NCBI GenBank assembly: GCA_934613415.1
Contig: CAKTSY010000001.1
Span: 360,001-392,000 of the forward strand
DNA length: 32,000 bases
Direction of reading: 5' to 3'
Source of the DNA: an uncultured Opitutales bacterium
GTDB taxonomy: Bacteria > Verrucomicrobiota > Verrucomicrobiia > Opitutales > Intestinicryptomonadaceae
The notes below the pieces were generated by a model. It saw only the letters and a list, made by a program, of their open reading frames with translations. It was not told where the DNA came from and did not search any database. The position numbers and the translations under genes were made by a program. Below are positions 8,710-16,298 of the stretch, one piece after another. Numbering within the stretch: position 1 is the stretch's first letter; every line of letters starts with the position of its first letter.

Positions 8710-10176
8710 TTAGTATACCGAATTTACAATTTCGGGCTTTGTCTTTACAAAGCGCACATTTTCGCTTGCCGCCGATTTCTTGAAAATGCAGTTTATAAGG
8801 CGCAAGCCTTCTGTGTTTTCGGCGTAAAAAGCGGGGCGTTTTTCTTCGCCCGTAAATTTAAGCTGCACGTTCGAAAATGTAATGTCTTTTGCGTTTCTTA
8901 CATAAAATCCGTACGACGGAATTAAAACACCGAACATTCTGTTTTCGGGATAGGTCTTTTTAGGTTCGGGAACAATGGCACTTCCCGCATTTTCAAGGTT
9001 ACAGCCTTTTATTGTAAACATACAGTCGCTAATTGTTATGTTTTTTAAATCGTAGCCGTTAACCGCGGTAATGGTGCTGGTTATCCAGCTTTCGGCTGTG
9101 GCTATAATGTTGCTTATCGAAATATTTTGCATGGAGCTTTTTTTGTTCAGCAAATTCTTGTTGTTGCGATCGTCTACCCTTATAAATATGGGAGTTTGAA
9201 TGCCCGTCATAACTATATTGGATATTGCAACGTTTTGCACGCTGCCCCCGTCTACCGCCTCTAAGGCAATGCCCGAAATACCCGTGGCTGCCCCCTTTTC
9301 TATGCCCGAATTTTTAAGCCAATCCCACTTAAGCATTGTTTGCGGGTATACCCTTTTAAATACGCAGTTAGAAACCGTTATGTTTTTAAAGTCGCCCTGA
9401 GTGCCCGTGCCAATCTTAAAGAAGTTGCTAGAGCTTGCCACAACGCAGTTTGTAATCGAAATATTTTCGACTACAAAACTTTGCCCGTGTTCGTTTTTAA
9501 GGCAAATGCCGTCGTCCAAAGCGTCTATAATGCAGTTCGAAATAACAACGTTTTTGCTGGAAATATCCAAGCCGTCGTTATTGTGGTTTGCGTGGGCAAA
9601 TATGTCTAGATTGTTTAAAATAACGCCGTCGCAATACAGGAAAAACGCATTCCAAAATGCGGGCGAACGCATTTTTACGTTCTTAACCGAAACGTTTTTG
9701 CACGAATCGAACAAAATGTTTCTGGGGCGGTGGTGATATTGCGGGTGTTTTGGGTCGCGCGTAAATTTGTCGCCCGCGCCCCTTATTGTGCCGCCTTCAA
9801 TGCCTATGTTTTTTGCGCCTTTTGCATATATAAAAGCGTAGTTAAAATCGGCATCGGCGGTGGGCAAGTCTATTTTAGGATACGCGTTAAAGTCTTCGCT
9901 GCCCAACAAAACCGCATTGCTTGCAAGTTTCAAAACAACGTTGTCCTTTAAAATTATGTGACCGGATTTATATTCGCCAAATCCGAATTCAACAAAGCCG
10001 CCGCCCGAAGCCGAGCACTCGTCTATTGCCTTTTGTATCTGCTTTGTGTTGTCGGAAACGCCGTCGCCTTTTGCGCCAAAATCGGCAACATTTACCGACT
10101 TTGCAAAAAGCGTTCCCGAAAGCGTAAACGCGGCAAATATTACGCCGCACATCTTTATAAATTGTCTGTTTTTCAT
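8710..10176 (-). CDS. Secreted glycoside hydrolase family 28-like right-handed beta-helix protein (polygalacturonase-like)
   Basis: Signal peptide. N-terminal VADFGAKGDGVSDNTKQIQKAIDEC motif. NNDGLDISS and ALDDGICLK correspond to the GH28 NTD/DD catalytic motifs. Repetitive beta-helix coils (ISNC, ITNC, VSNC, ISNI, ISDC). Confidence 0.8.
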   Translation of the reverse strand: MKNRQFIKMCGVIFAAFTLSGTLFAKSVNVADFGAKGDGVSDNTKQIQKAIDECSASGGGFVEFGFGEYKSGHIILKDNVVLKLASNAVLLGSEDFNAYPKIDLPTADADFNYAFIYAKGAKNIGIEGGTIRGAGDKFTRDPKHPQYHHRPRNILFDSCKNVSVKNVKMRSPAFWNAFFLYCDGVILNNLDIFAHANHNNDGLDISSKNVVISNCIIDALDDGICLKNEHGQSFVVENISITNCVVASSSNFFKIGTGTQGDFKNITVSNCVFKRVYPQTMLKWDWLKNSGIEKGAATGISGIALEAVDGGSVQNVAISNIVMTGIQTPIFIRVDDRNNKNLLNKKSSMQNISISNIIATAESWITSTITAVNGYDLKNITISDCMFTIKGCNLENAGSAIVPEPKKTYPENRMFGVLIPSYGFYVRNAKDITFSNVQLKFTGEEKRPAFYAENTEGLRLINCIFKKSAASENVRFVKTKPEIVNSVY

Positions 10177-10230
10177 ATACGGGTTTTACGCTACAAAAAT
10201 ATATTTTGCGCGTCAAAAAAAATTTTGCCG

Positions 10231-11577
10231 CTACCAGATAAATCTTTCTTTTGCGCCGCTTGGCAATATCTTGATTTGCCCAGTGCCAAAGTCGCGCGAT
10301 GCGTTAAAAGCCAAAGCCAAAGCCCAAAATAAGTCGCAGTGCCCGTCGCTATTGTGCTGTGCGCTAAAACTTGTGCCGCCGTAGGCGAAAGACCTTTTTA
10401 AATTCCTGAAATTTGTGCGAACAGCTTCAATATCGGGAATGGAAAACTCGCAATTTTCCAATGCCGATTTTAAAGGATACGCCAAAATCTCTTTGCTTTT
10501 TGCCGAAAAATTAAACTCTTTTATGCGCGAATTTCCATAACGCTCTTTTGCCCTCTCGGCAAACTGCCGGCCAATACCCGTATTGTCTATGCACGCCTTT
10601 ATAACGTTTTCGTGCCTTAAATACGAAAACAAAACCGATTCCTGTTCCGAAAAGGGAGCGTCTTTCATAAGCTGTATGTCGCGCACAAAGCAGTGCCCGT
10701 TTATCTTTTCGATAAGGCAAAATGCGCTAAAATCCCTCGTTCTGGCAACGTCTACCCCCAAATACATAGGGTTGTTTATTGTAGACGGTTCGCACCGCCA
10801 ATTTTCGGAGGGCGGGTAGAAATTTTTCTGCAAAACTGCAAACGGAACAAAAACTTCGTTGTCGTTTGCGGGAATGCACATATATTCCTGCATAAAACTT
10901 TGCTCGTCTACGCACGAAGATTTTATGTAGTTAAAATATTCGGCTTCGTCCATATCGTATACGGGATTGTCTTTGCCGAGCGCATTTTTAAGTTTTTGCA
11001 AAAAGCCCTGCTCTAATGCGTCTTGCAGACTTACAGTGTGCAGCGAAATATTTTTTGGGTTGTTGTTGTATTTTATTTCGCAAACAAGTTTGTTGAAAAA
11101 GCTGTCTGCGCCCCTGTGGGTCGAAATTATTTCAAGCTGCCCGCCCCAGGTTATTCCCGGATACGCTATTGCGTAGAGTTTTTCGGGGTCTTCGTGCAGG
11201 GCAAACTCGTCCAGAATACGGTTGCCGCGCTTGCCGGCCTGCGCGTCGGGGTTCGAGCTTAGCGAATGGATTTTCGTTGAGTTTACAAATTCTATTTCGC
11301 ACGACGATGCGCTTTTAGATACTCCAACCCCGACGCTTTCGGTAAAGGCTATGTTCAAAATTTCGGCAAACTTTTTACAGTCTTGCACAAACAAAGACGC
11401 CTGCACTTCGTCGCGCGAGCTTACCCAAGAATCCAGCCTTTGCGAGCTTATGGCGTGGCGGCGCACAAGGCTGTATGCCGATGTCCAGCTCATTCCTATT
11501 TGGCGGCTCTTTTCCATAAGCTTAATTCGCGAATTGTCCAAAAGCCACTTTTTCTGATACGGCAAAAAAAAGCTCAT
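10231..11577 (-). CDS. Phage terminase large subunit (Mu gp28-like)
   Basis: LPYQKKWLLDNSRIKLMEKSRQIGMS (Q-motif plus deviant Walker A), RILDEFA (Walker B), IISTH (coupling motif). RNase-H-like nuclease acidic motifs are GVDVAR, CIDNTGIG and HCDLFWALALA. ATGA overlap with the upstream gene. Confidence 0.85.
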   Translation of the reverse strand: MSFFLPYQKKWLLDNSRIKLMEKSRQIGMSWTSAYSLVRRHAISSQRLDSWVSSRDEVQASLFVQDCKKFAEILNIAFTESVGVGVSKSASSCEIEFVNSTKIHSLSSNPDAQAGKRGNRILDEFALHEDPEKLYAIAYPGITWGGQLEIISTHRGADSFFNKLVCEIKYNNNPKNISLHTVSLQDALEQGFLQKLKNALGKDNPVYDMDEAEYFNYIKSSCVDEQSFMQEYMCIPANDNEVFVPFAVLQKNFYPPSENWRCEPSTINNPMYLGVDVARTRDFSAFCLIEKINGHCFVRDIQLMKDAPFSEQESVLFSYLRHENVIKACIDNTGIGRQFAERAKERYGNSRIKEFNFSAKSKEILAYPLKSALENCEFSIPDIEAVRTNFRNLKRSFAYGGTSFSAQHNSDGHCDLFWALALAFNASRDFGTGQIKILPSGAKERFIW

Positions 11578-11972
11578 AGCAGTTTAAGTTTGTCTTCTAT
11601 TTGGGCAAGGGTTTCGCCGCCTATTTCGCCCGAAGGCGTTTTGGCAGCCTCGTCTTTTGTCGTTGCTGAAAGTTTTTGCACAACTCCCGCTACGGCGTTA
11701 AGCGCGCTTGGCGTAATTTCTGCAATATCGCCTTCGCAAAAATAGTCGAACAAAGCCTCTAAAATTAAGTCTACTAAAACTTTGCGCTTATCGCATAGCG
11801 AGCCCAAAACAATTTCCGAAGCTGTTTTTGCATTTTCGCGAGCCGTGCGTATTTTTTCTAGATACTCGCAAAACGGAGTGCCCAACACCCGTTTTTTTGC
11901 GCGCTTTTTGGGCTTTTCGGCAAGAGCCTCTTTGTCTGTTGCTTTTTTGCTGTCTTTCGCTTTTGGCGGCAT
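11574..11972 (-). CDS. Hypothetical protein in the terminase small-subunit position
   Basis: Lys-rich N-terminus (PPKAKDSKKATDKEALAEKPKKRAKKR) followed by a helical core. It lies directly upstream of TerL and is translationally coupled to it. I prefer the ATG at 11972 (preceded by AGAAGGGG plus 8 nt) over the track's TTG at 11993. The TerS assignment is positional only. Confidence 0.45.
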   Translation of the reverse strand: MPPKAKDSKKATDKEALAEKPKKRAKKRVLGTPFCEYLEKIRTARENAKTASEIVLGSLCDKRKVLVDLILEALFDYFCEGDIAEITPSALNAVAGVVQKLSATTKDEAAKTPSGEIGGETLAQIEDKLKLL

Positions 11973-11973
11973 A

Positions 11974-12237
11974 CTAAAAACCCCTTCTTTCAAGATAGTC
12001 GTAGGCTGCCGCCATTAGCGCGCAACGCTTGTATGATGGCGAAATTTCGTCTTCGCTAATTTTTATGTAGCCTTTCTTTTCAAGGTAGTCTAACTCACGC
12101 AAAAGCTCGGGCTCGCTTATTTGAAAAGACGCGATTTTTAGCCCGCACAAAAGATTTTTTAGCGGCATTTGCACGGGGCTTGCCTCTCTTAGCTGAAGCA
12201 AAATTGCAGTGCGCGCAAGAATTTTACTGTAGCTCAT
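11974..12237 (-). CDS. Small winged-helix-like protein, function unknown
   Basis: 87 aa. The ELLRELDYLEKKGYIKI segment resembles a wHTH recognition helix plus wing. ATGA overlap with the upstream gene. Its stop is 1 nt before the next ATG. Confidence 0.4.
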   Translation of the reverse strand: MSYSKILARTAILLQLREASPVQMPLKNLLCGLKIASFQISEPELLRELDYLEKKGYIKISEDEISPSYKRCALMAAAYDYLERRGF

Positions 12238-12635
12238 TTTGCCGCCTTTGCCGCGATTTTTTCAACCCTAACGCCAAGCTCGCCAATGCGCTGGTTTGCA
12301 AGCGCGCTTTGAGCGATTAAGGCACTTATGTTTTGCGCGTTTTTGCTTATAAGCTCGCGCGTTTCGCCAAGGCTTTGGGCATATTGCCGCTGCATTAGGC
12401 GAATGTCCTCCCTAATTTCGGCGCGCAAAAGCCTAAGCTCGCCGCCCGATTCGGTTATTATGCGCATTAGCTCGTTGCGCATCTTTTCCATATTTGTGTA
12501 TGTTACATATGTTATTTTAGGGTCTGGCTTTTCGGATTGCATATCCCTAATTTTTAAAGCCAAATAATATGCGCCAAGCAAAGCTGTGGCCGCCGTAAGA
12601 GCCAACCCCAAAAGTTCTGAAGATTGCGTTTCCAT
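12234..12635 (-). CDS. Single-pass membrane protein with a coiled-coil C-terminal domain (phage late-region type)
   Basis: One N-terminal TM helix (LLGLALTAATALLGAYYLALKI), then heptad-like helical sequence (LRLLRAEIREDIRLMQRQYAQSLGETRELI...). It is the first gene of the four-gene cassette. Confidence 0.5.
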   Translation of the reverse strand: METQSSELLGLALTAATALLGAYYLALKIRDMQSEKPDPKITYVTYTNMEKMRNELMRIITESGGELRLLRAEIREDIRLMQRQYAQSLGETRELISKNAQNISALIAQSALANQRIGELGVRVEKIAAKAAK

Positions 12636-12641
12636 CTGCCA

Positions 12642-12670
12642 AATTTAAAACCGTGCGACAAATGGGTCAA
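12642..12670 (-). promoter_or_regulatory. Candidate promoter of the packaging cassette
   Basis: On the minus strand: TTGACC (12670-12665), a 17-nt spacer, TAAATT (12647-12642), then 6 nt to the ATG at 12635. This is leaderless-type geometry. Confidence 0.3.
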
Positions 12671-12728
12671 ACATAGGTTGGCTTTGTTTGCAATATTTGA
12701 AAGCGCACAAATTCGGCGCAAAGGCGCG

Positions 12729-14969
12729 CTATATTGTAGAATAAGGATCTACGTCTAAAACGTCTTCTATGTCTTTGTCGAATGTAAAAGAATTTCTTAC
12801 CCGCATAATCTTTTCGACGGTGCTTCTTACATTGGTGCAAAAATACCACAAGTGCCAGCGGTAATATTCCTGAATTTTTTCTATCGGAGCGGGAGCCGGC
12901 CCCCTCATTAAAACCGAAGAGCCAAGTTCAAGCTCGGCTTTTTTGGCAAAGTGCTCGCAATAAAACGCAAGCTTGTCGGGGTTGCGCGACCTGAATATGT
13001 GCCTGATAAGACGCTTTGCAGGCGGATACGAAAACCGCATTCTGTTTTCGAGTTCCTCCTTTAAAAAGTCCTCTAAATTGTCTTTGCGCGCATATTGTAT
13101 TGGCGGAGCGTCGGGGTTCATTGTCTGCACAATAACTTCGCCGCCGCCGGTGCCCCTGCCCGCCCTGCCCGAAACCTGAACAATAAGTTGATAGGTTCGC
13201 TCGTTGGCGCGAAAATCCTCCATATTCAAACTTATGTCGGCGTTCAATATGCCCACAAGCGTAACTTTGGGGAAATCCAACCCCTTCGAAATCATCTGCG
13301 TCCCCACAAGCATATCTATGTTGCCCTTTCTAAATTCGCCGAAAATGCGGCGGTATTCGTCGCGCTTTTTCATTGTGTCGGCGTCTATACGCGCCACTTT
13401 TGCCTGCGGGAATGTCTGCGAAATATATTCTTCTACCTTTTGCGTGCCAAAGCTTTTCCATTTGGCTTTTGGCGAACCGCAATTAGGGCACTTTTGCGGA
13501 GCCTTTTCTTTGTGTCCGCACATATGGCACATAACGTAGTCTTCTTTGCGATGCCATGTAAGGCTAACCGAGCAATTAGGGCATGTTGCCACATACCCGC
13601 AATCGGGACACTGGAAAAGTTTTGAATAGCCCCTTCGGTTTAAAAACAAAATCACCTGTTCTTTGCAGTCTAGTCTGGCAAGCACTTTGTCGCGCAATAT
13701 GTTCGAAAATATGGCGTTTGGCTTTTCGCGCTTCATATCCACAAGCATAATTTTAGGCATTGCCCTATCGTCTACGCGCGAAGTCATTTTGCTGATTGAA
13801 TACTTCGCATTTTGAACATTGTATAAAGTTTCAAGCGAAGGCGTTGCCGACCCCAACAACGCCAAAGCTCCGTTTAGCGACGCTCTGTATACCGCCAAAT
13901 CCCTCGCGTTGTAGCGGGGCATATTCTCCTGCTTATAGGCAGTGTCGTGCTCTTCGTCTACAATAATAAGCTTTAGGTTTTGCATTGGGGCAAACACGCA
14001 CGATCGCGCGCCCACTGCAACCTTTGCAGAACCGTTTATCATCGACTTCCAAGCCTGCAACCTTTGCCCGTCGCTTAGGTTGCTGTGCCAAACAACAAGC
14101 TCGCTTGCGCTTAAATTAAGTTTGCTTCTAAGCCTGCCAACCGTTTGAGGGGTAAGCGAAATTTCGGGCACCATAAAAATGCAAGAGCCGCCGTTTTCCA
14201 AAACGCTGCGCATTGCCCTTATATATACTTCGGTTTTGCCCGAACCCGTAACGCCATATAGCAAATGCGTTTTAAATTTGTTTTTGGCAAGCTGCGCGCA
14301 AATGTCGTTTAGGGCGTTTTGCTGCTGCTCGTTAAGGGGCAAGTCTTTTGCCGCAACCACCTCGTTTTGCGAAATATCGTCGTCGAAGGCGAATTTTAAA
14401 AGCTCGGTATCGCGCTGGCAAACCATGTTTTTTTCTACAAGCGCGTCTACCGACGAAGGCGAAACATTAAGGTTTTTGCACAACGCCGCCCTTAAAACGG
14501 GGAACTTGTTTTTGCTTAGATATTCGCAAATTTTATACTGGTTTTTTGCGCGGGTTTTTAAGGCGTCTATGTCGCTTTGCTTTACGTTTTCGCTTAGGCG
14601 AATTTCAAGATTGCGCTGCACTTCTTTACCCGATTTTACAACAGCAGGCAGCATTGCCTCTACCGCCTGCTGCACAGTGCAGGCATAATACGAAGCAATC
14701 CATCTGGCCAAATCAAAAAGCTCTTTTGTCAACACGGGGCATTCGCCTACAACAGAATACACATTCTTAAGCTTAAAGCCCGAATAATCCGAAGAATTGT
14801 AGTCTTTTATATCGCACACAACGCCATCTGCCATAGTTCCCCTAAGAGGCACTTTAACCAGCGAGCCAACCAAAAGCTTCTCAACAAGCGAATCGGGCAC
14901 AATGTATGTAAGCTCTTTGCCGAATCCGCTAAAGAGTATTACCGACGCTACTTTTGAAAAGCCGTTCAT
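12729..14969 (-). CDS. priA: Primosomal replication-restart helicase PriA
   Basis: GVTGSGKT (Walker A), IIVDEEHD (DExH), and a Cys-rich zinc module (CPDCGYVATCPNCSVSLTWH...CHMCGH...CPNCGS). The start is set at MNGFSKVASVI (14969). The 72-codon upstream extension in the track overlaps hisA. Confidence 0.9.
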   Translation of the reverse strand: MNGFSKVASVILFSGFGKELTYIVPDSLVEKLLVGSLVKVPLRGTMADGVVCDIKDYNSSDYSGFKLKNVYSVVGECPVLTKELFDLARWIASYYACTVQQAVEAMLPAVVKSGKEVQRNLEIRLSENVKQSDIDALKTRAKNQYKICEYLSKNKFPVLRAALCKNLNVSPSSVDALVEKNMVCQRDTELLKFAFDDDISQNEVVAAKDLPLNEQQQNALNDICAQLAKNKFKTHLLYGVTGSGKTEVYIRAMRSVLENGGSCIFMVPEISLTPQTVGRLRSKLNLSASELVVWHSNLSDGQRLQAWKSMINGSAKVAVGARSCVFAPMQNLKLIIVDEEHDTAYKQENMPRYNARDLAVYRASLNGALALLGSATPSLETLYNVQNAKYSISKMTSRVDDRAMPKIMLVDMKREKPNAIFSNILRDKVLARLDCKEQVILFLNRRGYSKLFQCPDCGYVATCPNCSVSLTWHRKEDYVMCHMCGHKEKAPQKCPNCGSPKAKWKSFGTQKVEEYISQTFPQAKVARIDADTMKKRDEYRRIFGEFRKGNIDMLVGTQMISKGLDFPKVTLVGILNADISLNMEDFRANERTYQLIVQVSGRAGRGTGGGEVIVQTMNPDAPPIQYARKDNLEDFLKEELENRMRFSYPPAKRLIRHIFRSRNPDKLAFYCEHFAKKAELELGSSVLMRGPAPAPIEKIQEYYRWHLWYFCTNVRSTVEKIMRVRNSFTFDKDIEDVLDVDPYSTI

Positions 14970-15041
14970 AAAATCAAAATTGACTAATATAAAAATGCGT
15001 AGATTATAGTTTACAGATTTTAAAAATTTGCAAACAAGATT
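14970..15041. promoter_or_regulatory. Divergent priA/hisA promoter region
   Basis: A 72-bp AT-rich spacer. Plus strand: TTGACT (14980-14985), 16 nt, GATTAT (15002-15007). Minus strand: a perfect TATAAT at 15008-15003. The two -10 elements overlap. Confidence 0.35.
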
Positions 15042-15782
15042 ATGATAGTATACCCCGCCATAGATATAAAAAACGGCAAATGCGTTAGGCTTAAACAGGG
15101 TCTGGCAAACCAACAAACGGTGTATTTTGAAAACCCAATAGACGCCGCAAAAATGTTTGTAGACGCCAATGCCAAATGGATACACATTGTAAACCTCGAC
15201 GGCGCGTTCGACGCAAAAACTTCGGTGCTTGGCATAGTCGAAAAAATTTGCGCAATGGGCGTAAAAGTGCAGCTTGGCGGCGGTATGCGCGACGTTTTGT
15301 CGGTTAAAGCCGCTTTGGAATGCGGTGTAAGCCGCACGGTTATAGGCACAAAGGCGTGCACCAACCCAGAATTTGTTTCCGAATTGGTTTCTTTATACGC
15401 CGAAAAAATTGCAGTTGGCATAGACGCAAAAGGCGGCAAGGTTGCCACAAACGGCTGGGTAAACGTAAGCGACAAAAACGCGCTTGATTTTGCATTGGAT
15501 ATGGCAAAAAGAGGCGTAAAAACCGTTATTTATACCGACATAGACACAGACGGAATGCTGACGGGCCCGAACATTGCGGCCCAAAGCAAAATGCTCGAAA
15601 AAACGCTGCCATTTAACACGTCGGTTATAGCTTCGGGGGGCATTGCATCGGGCAAAGACATTTTGGCGTTAAACGAGCTTGCAAAGAAATACCCCAACCT
15701 AAACGGGGCTATAACGGGCAAGGCAGTATACGAAGGCAAAATTACCCAAAGCGAACTAAAGCGTTTTTGCACAGAGCTTTAA
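15042..15782 (+). CDS. hisA: ProFAR isomerase (1-(5-phosphoribosyl)-5-[(5-phosphoribosylamino)methylideneamino]imidazole-4-carboxamide isomerase)
   Basis: MIVYPAIDIKNGKCVRLKQG start, VIYTDIDTDGMLTGPN and ASGGIAS motifs. Typical 245-aa length. Confidence 0.9.
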   Translation: MIVYPAIDIKNGKCVRLKQGLANQQTVYFENPIDAAKMFVDANAKWIHIVNLDGAFDAKTSVLGIVEKICAMGVKVQLGGGMRDVLSVKAALECGVSRTVIGTKACTNPEFVSELVSLYAEKIAVGIDAKGGKVATNGWVNVSDKNALDFALDMAKRGVKTVIYTDIDTDGMLTGPNIAAQSKMLEKTLPFNTSVIASGGIASGKDILALNELAKKYPNLNGAITGKAVYEGKITQSELKRFCTEL

Positions 15783-15805
15783 AAATAGCCATTGCATATA
15801 AACAA

Positions 15806-15840
15806 AAAACGGCAGCCGCATTTCGTTGCCGTTTTTTGTT
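15806..15840 (+). terminator. Intrinsic terminator of hisA
   Basis: AACGGCA (15808-15814) pairs with TGCCGTT (15827-15833) and is followed by TTTTGTT. Confidence 0.7.
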
Positions 15841-15891
15841 GCATAAAATGCCTAGTTTTTGTCCCCACCCAACTCTAAGGCAGTTTTGCAA

Positions 15892-15920
15892 TAAAAAAAG
15901 CCAGCATAAAATGCCGGCTT
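15892..15920 (-). terminator. Intrinsic terminator of the bS22-like microprotein gene
   Basis: Minus-strand RNA reads AGCCGGC-AUUUUAU-GCUGGCU (one G-U pair) followed by a U7 run. On the plus strand the same stem has an A-C mismatch and no U tract. Confidence 0.6.
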
Positions 15921-15942
15921 GAAAATTGTTCTGACTGCGCAC

Positions 15943-16044
15943 TTAGCAGTCCCATGTGCGCTTCTTATGACGATTAGCCTTTGAACGCTTCGAACGCTTG
16001 TGCTTGTTCATCTTCAAGCGTCTCTTCTTTTTCAAGTTTGCCAT
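15943..16044 (-). CDS. 33-aa highly basic microprotein, bS22-like (AURKAIP1/COX24-type small ribosomal protein candidate)
   Basis: Hand translation gives [33 protein letters not shown], with 16 of 33 residues K or R. The ATG is at 16044 and the TAA at 15945-15943. It has its own downstream terminator. It is missing from the ORF track because it falls below the size cut-off. Confidence 0.6.
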   Translation of the reverse strand: MANLKKKRRLKMNKHKRSKRSKANRHKKRTWDC

Positions 16045-16298
16045 CTTTTATCCAGTCTTTCTTTTCGAGTAAATAAAATTTATAAAGTTAAAATCATCTC
16101 ATTTTTTGACGATTTGTAAAGCTTTTTTTTCGCCCATAAAAGCGGCTACAAAAAAGACATTTTGCCGATTGCGCGAAATTCTAACAATCAATTTATTGAC
16201 AAAAAAAGCGGCAAATGTACCCTTTACGGAATATTTTTATGCCAAACGCACGACAAAACCGCATAAAGTGCGCAACCCAAACATATTAAAAGACAAAA

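Noticed and set aside
8710-10176. The GH28-like beta-helix protein as a phage tailspike or depolymerase belonging to the terminase cassette.
   Set aside because: It has a classical N-terminal Sec signal peptide and its own promoter-like spacer. Virion tailspikes are not Sec-exported. A cellular secreted glycanase is more parsimonious.
11973-11993. The TTG start (11993) for the TerS-position gene, giving a 20-nt overlap with the upstream gene.
   Set aside because: An ATG at 11972 sits 1 nt after the upstream stop and is preceded by AGAAGGGG at good spacing. The TTG-extended seven residues are not needed.
14970-15185. The 72-codon N-terminal extension of the priA ORF (the track gives 12729..15185).
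   Set aside because: The extension overlaps the hisA start on the other strand and translates to low-complexity F/Y/V-rich sequence. The conserved PriA N-terminus begins at the Met at 14969.
15848-15922. 24-aa plus-strand ORF (MPSFCPHPTLRQFCNKKSQHKMPA) between the two terminators.
   Set aside because: It lies entirely between and within terminator hairpins. It has no ribosome-binding site and no promoter, and its sequence is not protein-like.
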